A stretch of DNA of 35,926 nucleotides from Desulfobacterales bacterium (GTDB taxonomy: Bacteria; Desulfobacterota; DSM-4660; Desulfatiglandales; B25-G16): positions 1 to 35,926 of the forward strand of contig JABXJY010000001.1 in NCBI GenBank assembly GCA_013375385.1. Direction: 5' to 3'. Shown here one piece after another: positions 35,642-35,926 of the stretch. How positions within the stretch are numbered: the stretch's first letter is position 1; the number at the start of each line of letters is the position of its first letter. The position numbers and the translations under genes were made by a program. A model generated the notes under the pieces. The model did not search any database. It worked only from the letters and a program-made list of their open reading frames with translations, and was not told the origin of the DNA.

Positions 35642-35926
35642 TTACTTTATCATAATCTCTCTTAAAAGTGACAGATTATCTAAGGTCTTTCCTGCCCCCA
35701 TAACAACTGTGGTAAGTGGATCATCGGTTATGGTTATCGGCAGCCGTGTCTCCTCTCGCAGTAAGACATCAAGATTCTTTAAAAGGGCCCCTCCGCCAGT
35801 CAACACTATCCCCTTATCTACCACATCAGCAGATAATTCAGGTGGGGTCTGCTCCAAAGCGATTCTCACTGTCTCAATAATGGTTTCTACCTGTTCAGAT
35901 ATCGCCTTTCTAACCTCCTCTGAGTC
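35642..35926 (-). CDS. mreB: Rod shape-determining actin homologue MreB, C-terminal 94 codons (5' end lies outside the window)
   Basis: The frame is open to the window edge. ...LEQTPPELSADVVDKGIVLTGGGALLKNLDVLLREETRLPITITDDPLTTVVMGAG is the MreB C-terminal signature. Confidence 0.9.
   Translation of the reverse strand, partial: DSEEVRKAISEQVETIIETVRIALEQTPPELSADVVDKGIVLTGGGALLKNLDVLLREETRLPITITDDPLTTVVMGAGKTLDNLSLLREIMIK

Overview
The window reads as a bacterial, diderm-type, rod-shaped organism. No rRNA, tRNA, CRISPR array, transposase or integrase was seen. From about 9.6 kb to the right edge, almost everything is on the minus strand in an AT-richer core region. In transcription order: mreB (partial)-mreC-mreD-mrdA(PBP2)-rodA, a bactofilin, a complete nine-gene A/V-type ATPase operon in the archaeal order H-I-K-E-C-F-A-B-D, a possible 52-codon membrane ORF, zapB-like/zapA, a structured non-coding spacer, rny, ftsE-ftsX-envC-like-ctpA-yibQ-like, a DegT-family aminotransferase, a PAC2-family protein and purA. 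The left 9.5 kb is visibly GC-richer and looks accessory. It holds the mgtE 3' end, a patatin-like lipase, a TPP-dependent ALS-family enzyme, and cstA behind a long SD/GGA-rich leader and followed by a clean terminator. The most interesting part is an uncharacterised locus at about 5.86-9.57 kb. It has two tandem cysteine-poor ArsA/Get3-family ATPases with complementary motif decay, driven by a near-consensus sigma70 promoter. They are bracketed by two inverted paralogous 94-aa proteins, and two unclassifiable ORFs (one Trx-fold-like, one beta-rich and Cys/His-containing) lie just upstream. All calls come from reading the ORF translations and the DNA by eye. No database search was possible, so family assignments rest on recognised motifs.
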